64,000 bases of DNA, from the NCBI GenBank assembly GCA_964106645.2, contig OZ067040.1; one strand, written 5' to 3'. The notes beneath the pieces were generated by a model. That model worked only from the letters and a program-made list of their open reading frames with translations, was not told the DNA's origin and made no database searches. Below, in pieces: positions 23,909 to 41,003 of the stretch (its first letter is position 1; each line of letters opens with the position of its first letter). This DNA comes from Podarcis pityusensis (lineage: Eukaryota). Position numbers and translations under genes: made by a program.

Positions 23909-26141
23909 TAATCTGAGTATGAGTAACACTGGACAGTGCCCATCAGTTATATTTACTTTCTCATAAATATTACAGGTTGCATCCAGCTGTGTCACTCAGG
24001 CAATGATAAGGCTTCCATCAGCAGAATGGGAAGAGAAGCAATTTTCAGCGATTCCCACTCACTGCCAAAGCTCACTTTCTACCTTAAATCTCTGGAAGTC
24101 TCCCAGCCCTCTGGGATATAAGATGGTTGCAGAAGGGGAATACACCAAAAATTGCTTTCCTCGTTCTGCAGATGGAATCCTTTATCAGCTGAGATAAAGC
24201 TGAGATCATGTCACCATATGATACAGCCCTGTACATTTGTATTGGAGACCAAGATAGTATTTACATTTCCTTGATACTGTGTTATATTAGTTAATTATAG
24301 TTCCAAGGAATGCCTAAGCTAAGGAAACAAGTGAAATCACAGTAAAACGCCTGTTCAGAGAAAAACAGCTCACACATCTTCCAGTATCTTAAGTTGTCCA
24401 AAGTAGTATCCAGTACTGAAATGGAACCCATGATAGACTGCAACATTAATACCATGCTACACAACCAGCTGTCTGCTCAAGATAAAACTTGAAGGTTGCC
24501 AAAATCTGCTGTTTTGGGAAATGTTGATGTACACACCAAGAGGCTGGTTCTTTAGGCCTGTCTCTTCTATGACATCTAAGGGTTTATGAAAAAAATAACG
24601 AAGACATGTAGCACATACTCTAAACAATGTTTTTCATCAAGTTCAGATACAGTTCTAATTGGGAATGTTGTAGGGACAGTGCTTTTTATGGTCAGATGGT
24701 TGTCTTCTCAAAGTACAAATCCCCAATCTTTTAGGCTGGATTATCTTCAGAGTCTCCAACCAGATTCCAGAGCTCTCTAATGGTGCGGTTTTCCCCACTG
24801 ATCTTCGTACAAAAGAAGAAATTACAGTTTACCACAGCCCCTTCTACTAAACATTGGGTGCTTCCATGTTATAGTCCTTTAGCACTACTGAGGCACTGCT
24901 TTTCCACAATGGTATTCCCACAAGGCACTTAAATATATAGCTTCATTCCCCACATTAAAAACCTAACAATGCCCATCCCTTAGGCGAGACCTCATGTTTC
25001 TTTACAAAATATGTTTTACTTCAGTCTTCAATTGTTCCTTATTTAGTAGCTTTCTTTTTGCCCAACCCCCACCCCACCCCGTGCTTAAAAAACACAACAC
25101 TAGTTCTTGTCAATCTACACCGGGCTAGTACTGTGGATATATAAGAAAAACACACACACAACACGCATTGCCAGAAACTGGGTCTAAAAAAAGAGCACTG
25201 GAATGCTGCTGGCTGACAACTTTTGAATTCTTTGTAAAAACAACAAAAGATGTTGAATCCAGACATTCCGGTGTCGATGGCAGCAGCTTGCAGCAGTGTG
25301 GAGACAAATCATTTTATCGAGGTGAATTTGCATGGGAAGAAAGATCTCCAAGAGGAGCTGCTGCCATTTCAGGAGCAGCTTATTGCCTCCTAGGCTTCTT
25401 GTCTACTGTATCCCATCTCCACATTATTCTTGTTCCAGTTGGCATACAGCAAATATTCCATTGCATTTCTAACTGTATGCCCTTCTCTGCTTGTTTGCCG
25501 TTCCTAGTGTGTCTTCAAAACAAAAAGGAATGTAAATAAGAGGGAGACATGTTCATAGTAAGTCTCCTGCTGAGATGTACAAAAAGTTTGGAGCACCCTC
25601 TAGTGGATTTTTGTTGCCTTTGCCAGCTATACTGTACTACAATAAGCTTCAGATCAAAAGACATTGTTTTGGCAGACAACTCTTAGCTTTAATAAACAGG
25701 GATCAGCAACAATCTCTTTTAAATTCAGCTTTATTCAAAACAATTATGCAGGCAAAATTCCAAGTCTCAGAACAATATTTAAACAAGAACAACTGCAAAT
25801 GATAAGATTAGCATTCTGTTCTATGTCCCAGTTAAACTGCATACCGCAACAATCAATTTCAATCCATGCTTCTGCAAAGTGATTTGACTTGCATGAATTA
25901 GTCGCATAGGGCATGACAAGTTAAAAGAGCAGACACTGAACCATATGCTCCAGTACATAATTTTTAGGTTGTAATTTTTTTAAGGTTAAAAATTGTCTCT
26001 TCTTTGTCTTAACAGGTTATATACCATGTTTACCCAAAAGTGTGTTTTGGTCACCGAAGAAAAGGTCAGATAAAAGTTTGCTGCATATTATGCATGTTTT
26101 TACAGGGGTAAATTCTATTTTGTTCAGTGTATCTTAATCCT

Positions 26142-26503
26142 AAAAAAAAAAGGTAAAGGATCCTTGACAGTTAAGGCTAGTCGCGAACGACTCTGGGGTT
26201 GCGGCGCTCATCTCACTTTACTGGCTGAGGGAGCCGGCATTTGTCCACAGACAGTTTTTCTGGGTCATGTGGCCAGCATGACTAAGCCGCTTCATGTAGC
26301 CAGCATGACTAACACCGTTTACCTTCCCACTGGAGCGGTACCTATCTATCTACTTGCACTTTGACGTGCTTTCAAACTGCTAGTTTGGCAGGAGCTGGGA
26401 CAGAACAATGGGAGCTCACCCCGTCGCAGGGATTCGAACTGCCGACCTTCTGATCAGCAGGCCCTAGGCTCTGTGGTTTAGACCACAGCGCCACCCACGT
26501 CCC
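26142..26503 (-). mobile_element. Sauria SINE with internal duplication/deletion
   Basis: aggtaaagg...ccacagcgccacccacgtccc; 'catgtggccagcatgactaa' is repeated as 'catgtagccagcatgactaa' in place of the normal middle segment. Confidence 0.9.
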
Positions 26504-26833
26504 TTAACACAAACATATACCAGAACGATTGTAATTAGGATTTTAGGACTGGCATAGAAAACTAGATCCAGAGGCGTCCTGACTTCTGCAAGCAGGATTT
26601 CTTTCTGACTTAGCTCAAGATCCTTATGCAAGAGATCTGAAATCTAGAGATAGCTATTCTTTCATTTACACACAGTCTTGCACAATCTCCTGTAGAAAGT
26701 CAGTCTTCCACTAGCTCATTTACCACTGTTAATGGAATGGCATCAGTGCAATAATTTCTTCCACAAGTGTGTCTCTGGATCCAACCCATAGAGAAGTAAA
26801 CGATAGACCAGAGTGCCCCCAGCATCCCTTTAG

Positions 26834-26836
<3 letters not shown>

Positions 26837-26868
<32 letters not shown>
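26837..26868. repeat. (GT)16 microsatellite
   Basis: Direct reading. Confidence 0.95.
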
Positions 26869-26871
<3 letters not shown>

Positions 26872-28213
26872 CTGGGCCAGTGTATGGCTCAGCGGCATTC
26901 TCAGGAAATTAAAGTGGAAGGTGCTTTGCCTGGCACTTTTCTTATCATTGTTGGACTGCTCAATGCAAAGCTACATTCGCTCTCAACAGATTTTATAAGC
27001 AGCTTTGACATATATCTAAACTGAAAAACCATGATGGTAAATTATTTTTGTTTGAAAAAAGCGTAACATATATCCCATATTTTTTATTTAAAAAATGTAT
27101 TGCTCTTATTCAAAGTCCCGAGATTAATGTAAATAAAAATGCCGGACAGAAAGTTCACTTGCGAGCTGTTGGTGAATACCGGACTATCTTCCTGGTATCT
27201 TCTATGCAGCATTGGTAAATGGGGAAGAAAAAACACCTGAAGGTGGCCAGCATAAGAGAAAAAACTGTGAAAAAGAATGGTACTTACATTTCAAACTGGA
27301 TACAAAAACAAGAGAGAAAGGTATGCTAGCATTGAAAGCTATGAAATTAAGTAGCATGTAAGAGCCAATGGGGGAAACATCTTACGAAGAACATTCAGAA
27401 CTATCAAAAATTTCCATTTTCTGCCACACAACATAATATCTGAGAGGTGTTGGGATTACTAGCCATCCATCTTATTAAGAACATTCAGAACATTTCCACT
27501 CCCTTCTGTACAACATAAGTCATTTGAGAGAGTTTATAAGCCATCCATAGGCTCGTAAAACTAGCTGAGATGTACGGTATTTCAGTTGGCAGCCCTTGTG
27601 GTAAGTAATGGGAAGGGATGGCAGAGGGCACTTATAGGAACACCTCCCATCAAGAAATGAGATTCAGCACGAGACTTCTACAAGGGACCACACTTTTCCA
27701 AAAGCAACACACAGCTCTCCCTTGAAATTCACAAAAAGGGTATGAAAGCGACAGTTATCTTCTCAGAGGAATACGTGCAAGATTCCGTTCAGCTGCCATA
27801 GGTATCAATAGCACAATCCTCCATGAATTTATCTCTTTAAAGCTTTCTGAGCTAGTAGCCATCAGTAGTGGCATAGTGTTCATGGCTCAGTGGTAGAAAA
27901 GGTATTTTGCATGCAAAAGCTTCCAGGTTCCATCTCTAGGCTGAAGAATCTTGGGGAACAGACCTAGGAAGACTTTCTCCAGGACCTCGGAAACTTGGTG
28001 ACATACAGACTGAACTAGATTGTCCAATGGGCTCCCTAGCTTAAGGAAGCTTGACTTGTTCATTTGTAATACATCTGTTATCTAATTCAGTAAGTTATAG
28101 ACATTTACATGTCTTGCTCTATTTCTTTTCCAGGTTTAGGATGACTCTTTTGAGTGAGGTAGGAAAGCCAGAACTGCACAATATTCCAAATGTCAGCATG
28201 TAATGGATGTATA

Positions 28214-28459
28214 TAGTTGTATCTTGGATCCCTAATCCCTTGGTACTTGTCTGTTTTGGCTCCCAAATACTGCAAACCCGGGAGTGTTCCAGTGTGCGAA
28301 CACTCTTTGGAACCCGAACAACTGAGTGGGCTTCTGCAGCTTCTGATTGGCTGCAGGAGCTTCCTGCAGCCAATTGGAAGCTGTACCTCGGTTTCCGAAC
28401 GTTTTGGAAATTGAATGGACTTCTGGAACAGATTCCGTTCTACTTCCAAGGTACCACTG
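28214..28459. mobile_element. Tc1/mariner MITE nested in a CR1 fragment
   Basis: ta|tagttgtatcttgga...tccaaggtaccactg|ta; the flanks rejoin as CR1 minus-strand text 'ccagaactgcacaatattccaaatg...tggatgtata|agggcatta'. Confidence 0.7.
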
Positions 28460-29567
28460 TAAGGGCATTAAGATGATTATATACATCCTGGGGAGGTCAT
28501 TTCGGTGAACAGGTATTTGCTGTTCAATCTCTTTCAAAAAGTTCTTAACGCTGAACTTACCATTTTGCTACTGTATACTTAAGTGAGCTTAACCTTCTAC
28601 CAAGACTATAAGAACTAGTTTTTGCTAATTAATAACTTATCTACAAACTTTACAGAACAAGCTGTACCTGCAACAGAAGGTTGCTGGGTAGAGTACTCCT
28701 GTTCAGGGTCTTGCCAGTTAGCAATGTACTCTTCCTTCCATCCCTTCTCTCCTAGTTTTCCATTCTTCCCCTTGTTGAATATTCTGTGTGAGAGAATAAT
28801 TTGTTCCAGAAACAGAAAAATTTCAAGCAGCAGAAGGCTGAGATTGTTTTGTCTATGTAAGGACACGCACCGTGTAACAGGAAGAACTGATAACAATAGT
28901 TCTGTGAAACTTCTTGTAACTTGTTCAGTCTCTTGCTTGCGCCTTGTGGTGAGATCAGTGAGTGAGTCTTGAACTCTTGTTGAACTCTAAGCATGCCTTG
29001 ACCACAGCAGTGGTAAACATCTGTATATATTTGCTACCAGTATGCTTTTATGCCTGTCAAGTAAACCTCTACATTTGACTAAATCTTTATGACATCCATG
29101 AGCACTTATTGCCTACCGTGTGTACCTTCAAACCTGAAGATGCTTCCAAGGAAGGAGCTGCGTTGAGATGTAACAGCCAAGTATGGATACACACACAGCA
29201 AAAGTGATGCTGGACCCAATCCTTCTAAATCATCCATCAGAGGTTGATGGATTGATCCAACACCTCTCACACATTCTATGGTCACTAACTGTGCTCAGTC
29301 CTCACTGTGGTTTTTTGAGGGGTCCTCCCTTAGTCTCCCACCCAAATCTTATTTAATACATCCACAAATCTTAGCATTTCCCAGACTATGTTGCTATTTC
29401 CCTCTTGTTTCTTGCAGATTCTTTTTTTTAATGCTCCAAACAATAAAAGATCTACATATGTAGTAAACTGAAAACAGAGACAGCTACAGTTAATCTTTCT
29501 TCTGTGTGTTCTGACCACTGCATGCAAGGACGAATGTGTGCATTTTACAAAAAATGGGGGAAAGCAA

Positions 29568-29599
29568 ATACATACATACATACATACATACATACATAC
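29568..29599. repeat. (TACA)n microsatellite
   Basis: Direct reading. Confidence 0.9.
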
Positions 29600-30021
29600 A
29601 CTCACTCTACAGTCTGAACTGCAGCAGTAGCCCAGCATCTTACTATCTTATTCCCTATGTGCAGATCTACAATAAAACTGGATCTCATGTCTTCTCAGTG
29701 GTGTGACATGCCTGGGATCATACAGGAGAAGTCCATGCTGCAACTCTTCCCCACAATAGCCTCAACCCTCAAACATTGTGGCCTCCTGTATGGTTCTGAA
29801 CTTCTCATCCAACCTGGCACTGTGAGGAGCAGCAGTGTGGAAGCAGGTTCCTGCAATGTGGAACAAAACTAAAAACCCAATCCTAGATAAATTGTGTTGC
29901 TTTGGGCAAGTCACTCTTCCCCTATGTGAAACACTCTGCTATGCTGGTGTGCACAGTTGTTATGAAGTGTGTGTGTGTGTTTGTTTGTTTGAAAAAGGGA
30001 ATGACAAGGAACTTCATGTGT

Positions 30022-30027
30022 TTTATT
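30022..30027 (-). terminator. Candidate SRSF12 polyadenylation signal (3' UTR about 2.1 kb)
   Basis: tttatt on the + strand at the edge of an AT-rich, repeat-free UTR-like block extending to the stop codon at 32164. Confidence 0.5.
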
Positions 30028-32163
30028 GAAAATAATATCTTAAGTTATGAAATAACAATAATGCTATTTCCAACACAAAATTGTATAATTGCTCATGAAG
30101 TGAAACGTGGTTTTACTGCCACCACAGTTACTTAATACAATGTTTGTACCATGTAACAGACATCACAGCTAGTACTATACACTTAAACACAAATTATAGG
30201 TTCCCAAACGTTACTACACAATGCAAATGTAACATATTATAAAATACAAAATATTTTCAGAATACCTTCTGTTACTTGGGTTAGACAAGCCAATAATTAT
30301 TTTATACTCAATAGTTCAATAGTTTCAGGGGCTCAGAACTTTAAAATGTTTGAAGAAGGTGTCTTCTACATTAATCTCATAATACAATAATAGTTCGAAA
30401 ATAGATAATGTAGCAAGATTCTTACACTACAAATATTACTGTTTTAAGGGTTTCACAAAAATGTTTTGACTACACATGAAAAGCATGTGCTTAACAACTT
30501 ATATTACAGTATTACAAAATGACTTTATATAACCAATTATCACTTTTTAAATTTCCATTACGTATTATTAGACTGCTTTCTACTAAACATTGGTCACAAT
30601 CCAGTGACTGACAATGTGATAATCATCCACTTTGCAAATGCTGAGACCACTGTACAGGATCAAAGGCTGTATCTTACACATACAGCAGAATGTTTTCATA
30701 GAGTGAACTGTACCAATTCCGGTTTGTAGATAAATCACATTTTGAATGTTCCCTTCTGTTAAACACTCCCTACCAATAGAAGGTAAATACAACAGGGAGT
30801 AGATTGTAGCCAAACTATTTGCCTGATACGACTTTCTATTTTCATTGCCTTTGGGAATTAAAAAAACAGGGAGAGCATTCAAAAGTGGTATTGCCCATAT
30901 GACGCAGTACAATCTAATCCAGCCCTTTACTTATACCTCATTCTGCTGCATATTCAGACCAGACTGAAATGCATTCCATCCCAACACACTGCCAAATCTG
31001 CATGCACAGCCTGTACGTTAGTGAAGGAAAGGAAAGGCTATCTGGGTCCTCCTTCCCCCTCTTGCCTATCATCTATTTGACAAGAAAATTGAGTTCCAAA
31101 AGCTTTAATGTGCTTGCAGATCTATAGATTGGGATTTCGATAGAAGTTAATTAAGATCAGTTAGCACTTCTCTTTCAACATGCAGCCCCAAATGGAAATA
31201 AATTGCTAGGCTTTTAAATATAAATTATATTTGAAAAAACATAAACTCGGAAGGATGTGAGATTCCAACTACCCTATGTTATACAAAATTTCCCATACTA
31301 GCCTGCTAATGTACTTCTCTAAGCTGAAACAATTAGACCACCTGAATTTGAAATGACATTTCAAACTCAACACACACATTATAATGCCTCCCTCAGCACC
31401 CCCACCCTCAAAAAAAGACCCTAATTACCCAAAGAACATACAAGAACAGTAGATTCAGGTTTCAACTGGTTATTCTTGGTATGACAATAAAGCAGGCAGA
31501 AAAATATTGCCAAAGAAAACAGCAAAATGAAGTAAAACAACCTGTAGCTTCATCTAATTCATGTCACGTTAAAATGAATAGCAAAAGGCTACTTGTTGAG
31601 CAGCGCCGCCCTTTTCCAGGTGTAGATATGCAGTACAAGCCTTGCTTGCACTACAATATCTACAAAAGCATTATACGAGAGCTAAGGAGGGCATGGCTGA
31701 ATGGCTCTGCCTCTATCCCCACATTAAACAGGAGGAAACCTCTCATACAGCTTCTATCCAGCACAATGTTAAACTGACATTAGGTTCTGCCAACTGAAAG
31801 AACATGGAGCAAAGGGCAATTACAATTCTGATAAGGAAAGCTGATTGGTCTTTCAGCAGCTGAAGTTACATCACTGCCAGGACTAACGACAGCTTGCATG
31901 GATGCAGGGAGCTTAACTTGGGCACAGGATCGCCTACTATTGGGTTCCAAGTACAGGGAAATAGAATCTAGACTAGGTAAATGTTTCTTTAAAAGTAAAA
32001 AATAAAATCTTAAAAGGAGTTCTTGCACACTGAAGCAGGGACTGAAAGGGCACATAGCAAGACCTCTCATTTACCAGTTACCTTACATATCATATAAGCT
32101 TTGGACAATTTCTGTTCTCCTTATTTTGTGCTCATAAAAAACGGTGTTAAAGAAATAGAGGCA

Positions 32164-32571
<408 letters not shown>

Positions 32572-33262
32572 TTAAGGAGCATTGTAACCCAAACAGTTTG
32601 CTTAATTTGTTTGAGGTACTGTTTGTTTGTTTTTGTAACGGTATTGTATGCCAAAAGTACCCCAAAACCTTAAAAGGAAAATTTAAAGAGTAGTTTTGAG
32701 GATTCCCATGGTTTATGCTTTTATTCTATTCTATTCTATTCTATTCTTTCAGACTGGAATAACAAGCTATTAAAAATTATCTACGCATTGTTACTATCTC
32801 AGACAAAATCTACTTTGTCTCAAAACTTTATTTTTTCAAACCTGGTGCAACAAGAATGAGCTCACTAGGAGTCAGTCAGCAAGATGATTTTAATACTTAG
32901 ATTTTAATCCAACATTTCAAATGCAGTGCCAGAATTTTGAAGCTATACTACCTCACTGCCTGCCTGCCTGCCTGAGAATAGCCAGCCACACAGCACAATT
33001 CTATGCATTTCTACTCAGCTGTAAGCCCCACTGCATTCAATGGGATTTATTACCCGATAAACAAGTACAGTATTACCTGTACAGTATTAGTGTTCAAATT
33101 ATTTACAAAGGAGCCAGGATGACTGAACCTTTGCAGGACCAGCTCAAATTTACCTTATCCTCACTGGTTACCACCACTGTTGTTCACAAACATTCTCCTG
33201 GAACATAACATACACAATCATTAGTATGCAATTGAATTTTTGTCTCATGATCCTCAGACTTA

Positions 33263-33412
<150 letters not shown>

Positions 33413-33594
33413 TTAAAGCAGAACTGGAAGATCGCAAGAAAACTGCAGCTTCTTACATACTGAGCACGCATGCAATTTTAAAAACTAGAGTTTATAAGCT
33501 TGTGCCTGTTTTATTTTTCAATCTTAAGAGATATGAAAGGCAACTATCTTAAAGAAATGCTTTGCAGAATAAGTAAGTGACAAGGTGGTGTTCA

Positions 33595-35570
<1,976 letters not shown>

Positions 35571-37239
35571 TTAGCAATACCTAGCCGCAGCAGACTTATC
35601 TTGTGTATTAAGACTATTAAAGACACACTTTCAATAATTCTGTAAGTATTGGGAATCATAGCCATAAATTTTGAACATATATAATTATTGAAACTAAAAC
35701 GAGCTAGGAACTTATTAGTATGTTTAGGGTTCACTTAAATTTATTTTTCCTGGTATTGGATCATTCTCATTGTGATTACTCTATTAGCAATTTGCGGAAA
35801 TGGGGCAGACACAAAAATAAATGCCAACAATCCTGCAACTTAAAATTCTCCAAAGGCACAATTCTCTTTCTGGAACCCCTGCTTTTTTTGTCAGACTACA
35901 ATATCGCTCAGGAGATCAAACACCAGTTGAAGCACACTGTACTGTACTGAGATAAACAGGTCAACAACTTGATTGAATATAATGCCACTATTTTTTCAGC
36001 ATGGGACTGGGGCACCAGAAAATGAGTTTTCAGTTTATAACAAATATACTAAAGATTCAGACATGGGGGGAAACCATGAAAGAGCACACAGAATGGAGAA
36101 GATGAATTCAGATATATTTTCCCTCACATAAGACAAACATCCTCACATAGGCAGAAGTATCAGGAGAAACAAAAGAAAGAACTTTACACAATGAATAATA
36201 TTATGCTGAATTCATTGCCACTAGATGTGGTGAGGATTACACAAACCCACAGAGAAAAGCATGCACAAATTTGCTCCTTTCTGTGAAATGAATAACTGGG
36301 AAGTAGGGGTGTCACTCCATACATATCAAAAGACTCCACACAAGTCAGTAATTATTGGGCACTTGTTAGAATGGATAACATCAGGTTGTACAATATAATA
36401 CCTAGCTTTTTAATTATATGCCTTATTCATTGGCTGGTCTTTCAATCATAGGGGGAAAGGATAATTATTTGCAATTCTTTGCATATTGGGTTCTCATGTG
36501 GGAAAGAGTCTTCCACGCCCTACAAAGGAACAAAAGAAACCCTACTATGCTTGGAGCACAGGGTAAGGATTTTTTGCTAGGAGACAGATATCATCAATTT
36601 TGCATATAAGGAAAACAATCGTGTGTTGTTGTTGTTTTTTTTAGATAATGCACTGCTGTGTGATGCTGGTCTGATATTAGAAGAGGCATTCCTAATGTGA
36701 AAAAAAGGAATACCTTTTCAATATGCTGCTTGCCATTTCTATTTATAAGTATGTATATTAAAGATAATGTCATATTTTAATATTGCTGCCCAGTTAATTG
36801 GGGCAGTTTTATTCAATTAAAGAGTTATGAAAGTGATTCATCTAACTAATTAATGGTTTAAACGCTGCAGTCCTAGCTGTATTCTGCTATCTGAATAAAC
36901 TTTCCCTACAAAGTGCTCCCTACTGAAGGGAGGAATCTCATAGCTGAATATGGGAAGACTTTTTAGCAAATATTTTTTTAAAAACCCACAAAACTACTGA
37001 AGCCTGTCCAAGACAAAACAAAAATGTATAAGGCAAGCAAATGCAATGGAGGAGAGGGCTCCATAACTTTAATAGCTAGCTGCAACTATCAAAATTCATT
37101 GCCCTGCTTCATTCACATCTTGTCACCTTATGTGGTGTTCCATTTAATTTCATTACTGGAGTTGCAAAGTGGCAGGGAAGAATTGACTGAAAACATGCTT
37201 TTAAGTACTCAGATAAAAATAGCTAGACAGGATACATAC

Positions 37240-37700
37240 ATACAGTTCAGTTGGTTAGAGCATGGTGCTGTTAATGCCAAGGTTGCAGGTTTGATCCCTG
37301 TATGGCAGTGGTTCCCAATTAGAGGTCTGGAGAACGCACCCAGGGGGTCCGTAGCCCCATCCCTTGCCTTCCCCTCAACTTTTTTTTGTTTTGTTATTTT
37401 TGCACTGTAATAACACAAATTTTATGATCTGTTTGTTTTTTAGTATACCTAAAATCTTTTGCTTATTTGGGGCCACCCCACATTTTGTTCAAAAAATTGT
37501 TTCGCAGAGGTAACTACCATAGAGTTATCAAAATTTTCAAAAGTAGGGGGTCTGTGGCTTGGCTTTTGAAAAATGGGGTGTCCTAATTGGGAACCACTGC
37601 TGTATGGGACAGCTGTATATTCCTACATTGCAGGGGGTTGGACTAGACACTAGAGGATCCTCAGGCTCCCTTACAACTATCTTTCTATGATCTATGATCA
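37240..37700 (+). mobile_element. tRNA-derived SINE with CR1-like tail, split by the hAT MITE
   Basis: A/B-box-like head 'agttcagttggttagagcatggtgctgttaatgccaaggttgcaggtttgatccc', resuming after the MITE as 'gcagggggttggactag...ttctatgatctatga'. Confidence 0.7.
37306..37599. mobile_element. hAT-type MITE with perfect 8-bp TSD
   Basis: TIRs CAGTGGTTCCCAATTAG / CTAATTGGGAACCACTG; TSD ctgtatgg at 37298-37305 and 37600-37607. Confidence 0.9.
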
Positions 37701-37919
37701 TTTTATTTGTATACCACCTTTCCAAAGTTAAAAAAACCATTCTTAAGGCAGCTTCCAACATGAATAAATTTACATAATTACTAATATAACAAAAGATGAC
37801 AAAGACCTGGATAAATGGGTAACGCTTATGATGCAAAAGGTCTGGGCTAAATGTCTAGTTGAACAGTGGTAGCAAAGGTCTCATACTACTGTGGTCCCTG
37901 GCAGATAGACTAGACAGTA

Positions 37920-38126
37920 CAGTCATACCTTGGGTTACAGACGCTTCAGGTTGTGTTTTTTTGACCTGCCGAAACCTGGAAGTACTGGAACGGGTTACTT
38001 CCGGGTTTTGGGGGTTACGCTTTGCGCATAAGCGCCGAATTGCAACCTACGCATGCGCAGATGCGCCGCTGCGGGTTGCAAATGTGCATCCCGCACAGAT
38101 CACGTTCGCAACCCGAGCGTCCACTG
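37920..38126. mobile_element. Tc1/mariner-type MITE
   Basis: ta|cagtcataccttgggtt...aacccgagcgtccactg|ta with TA TSD. Confidence 0.75.
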
Positions 38127-38147
38127 TACTGGCCTAGATGGAACATA

Positions 38148-38513
38148 AAAGGTAAAGGTACCCCTGCCCGTACGGGCCAGTCGTGACCGACTCTAGGGTT
38201 GCGCACTCATCTCGCTCAAGAAGCCGGGAGCCGGCGCCATCCGAAGACACTTCCGGGTCACGTGGCCAGCGTGCCGAAGCTGCATCTGGCGAGCCAGCAC
38301 CAGCGCCGCACATGGAAACACCGTTTACCTTCCCGCTAGAAAGTGGTCCCTATTTATCTACATGCACTTAGGGGTGCTTTCGAACTGCTAGGTGGGCAGG
38401 AGCTGGGACCGAACGATGGGAGCTCACCCCGCCGCGGGGATTCGAACCGCCGACCTTTCAATCAGCAAGTCCTAGGCTCTGTGGTTTAACCCACAGCGCC
38501 ACCCGCGTCCCCC
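38148..38513 (-). mobile_element. Sauria SINE, full length, 12-bp TSD
   Basis: TSD agatggaacata at 38136-38147 and 38514-38525; CpG-rich and similar to 23547-23908. Confidence 0.95.
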
Positions 38514-38743
38514 AGATGGAACATAGTCTGTGGCAAACTTTCAAGCCACGTAACTATAACCCACAGGGTGCCTGTAGGACCACATCGCTTGTTGGCACCT
38601 TTCTGTCTGACAATGGAGTGCCCTTCTGGGAGTGAAATCAAAGTGCTGCGTTAGCAGCACCAAAGTGACCTCTCTGGGAAACCAGCCTGGGCAGTGTGTA
38701 TGGAGGTCCATGTCATCCCTTAACAAATGCCTAGGAACCAATT

Positions 38744-38775
38744 CCTCCTCCTCCTCCTCCTCCTCCTCCTCCTCC
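38744..38775. repeat. (CCT)n microsatellite
   Basis: Direct reading. Confidence 0.9.
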
Positions 38776-39279
38776 AGGCCCACAGATTAGCCAGAAAGCG
38801 ACACCCTGTACCCAAGCAATGGGGGGGAGGGGAGAGATACTGCTATAAATATCATTGCACTGGTTTTCCCAGGGCAGGTTGCCCTCTGGGAACGAGATCA
38901 ATTTTCATTTTCTTCCATAACAAGGAGGGCGACTAACGTTTCAAAAAACAACCCAGGGCCTGCTTCCGTTTATACCCCGCCTTTCCGGCAAGTGGGACCG
39001 ACGGCGGATAACAATGGAAACAATTTTAATTTTAAAAAAGAAAAAAAGTCGATAGGAAAATATAGCAGGTGGCGTTTTACTTGGCCCATAGAGCCACGCA
39101 GTGCACATCTTTGCCGCACACCTTTCTAAGGAGCAGCCCCCCCCCCGGAGAAGAAAGCGCCCCTTCTATCTTCCAGGGACCCACACCCAGCCCCTTATCT
39201 GCCTGTTTCTCCGCTGGGCCTCAGCCATTTTACACACAAAAAACCGCGTTTCCCCCAAAAAGGGGAAGCGGAAAGACCT

Positions 39280-39960
<681 letters not shown>

Positions 39961-41003
39961 GCTGAGCTGAGAGAAGTGACAGGTCTCACATTTCAATAAC
40001 CCACGGAAGGAGCTAGTGCAATAATTCTTGCGTTTGGAGAAATGGGCTCAGGAGCTGAAGAGTCTCTGCCTAAGCTTTATTTATGTCCACACTCAAGCTA
40101 GGGCTTTGTAGGGGAATCGAGATGCGGCTCAGCGCCGTGCCAAGATGGGAGCACCTGGAGCATCAGTAATGCATGGGAGAGAAGTTACGGCTTTGCTTCT
40201 GGTTTTGAACCATGTATCAGAGCAGAGGCATGGATAACTGTCAATAACACAAGTGTTAAGAAAGACATATACTTCTGAATTGCTGGGAACTGCAGGAGGG
40301 GAGGGTGCTGTGACGCTTAGGTCCGGCTTGCAAGGCTTCCCACAGGCAGGACTATTCTTACGTTCTTAAATGCTACCACATTATAATATTAATGCCAAGC
40401 CATCTTTAATACCTTTCCATCATTTGGGGCTATCTGAGATATAGAAGAACATTATATTCGCCATAATAGCTTCCATTAATTCATATCTCATAAATAGGAT
40501 GGAGCGGGTTAGCCAATGATGAAGTGGCAGCAGTAGAAGTTGTAAAAATAGCCTGCTTGCCCTTTAATGACACCCCTCATAAACCCAAGGTGGCCAATTC
40601 ACTCTGCTTCATTCTTATTTATTTCTTGCCCACCCCTTCAACCTAAGGTCCCAGGGCCATGGTAGAGATGGCCCTGATTGTGGAAGGACCTGATTTAAAG
40701 CACATGCGAACTTCATGCCAACTGTGCATTGTTGGCCTCAACTGCTTTAGCCTGTTTATTATTATTATTATTGCCAGCAGGAAAACCACAAGGCTTAATG
40801 GAAATTTATTTATCCGTTGCATTTTTATACCACATTCTGCCAAGGCACTCAAGGTGATTTCCAACCTTAACCTTCAAAAAAGGGTATAAAATATAGAACA
40901 ATACTATCAGACCAACTAGTAGTCCCTTCAGGAGCTGATAGCATCAGCTGTCTGGTCTGGGTTTCTGCCTTCCCTCAGGGCATACAAGTCTTTAGGTAGC
41001 TCT

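Noticed and set aside
25370-25470. UBA-like peptide VEMGYSRQEA*EAI on the minus strand
   Set aside because: Short, interrupted by stops and without exon context; likely chance.
27872-27945. tRNA-like sequences (also near 16930, 37240, 46215 and 63423)
   Set aside because: Degenerate SINE heads with A/B-box remnants and no intact cloverleaf.
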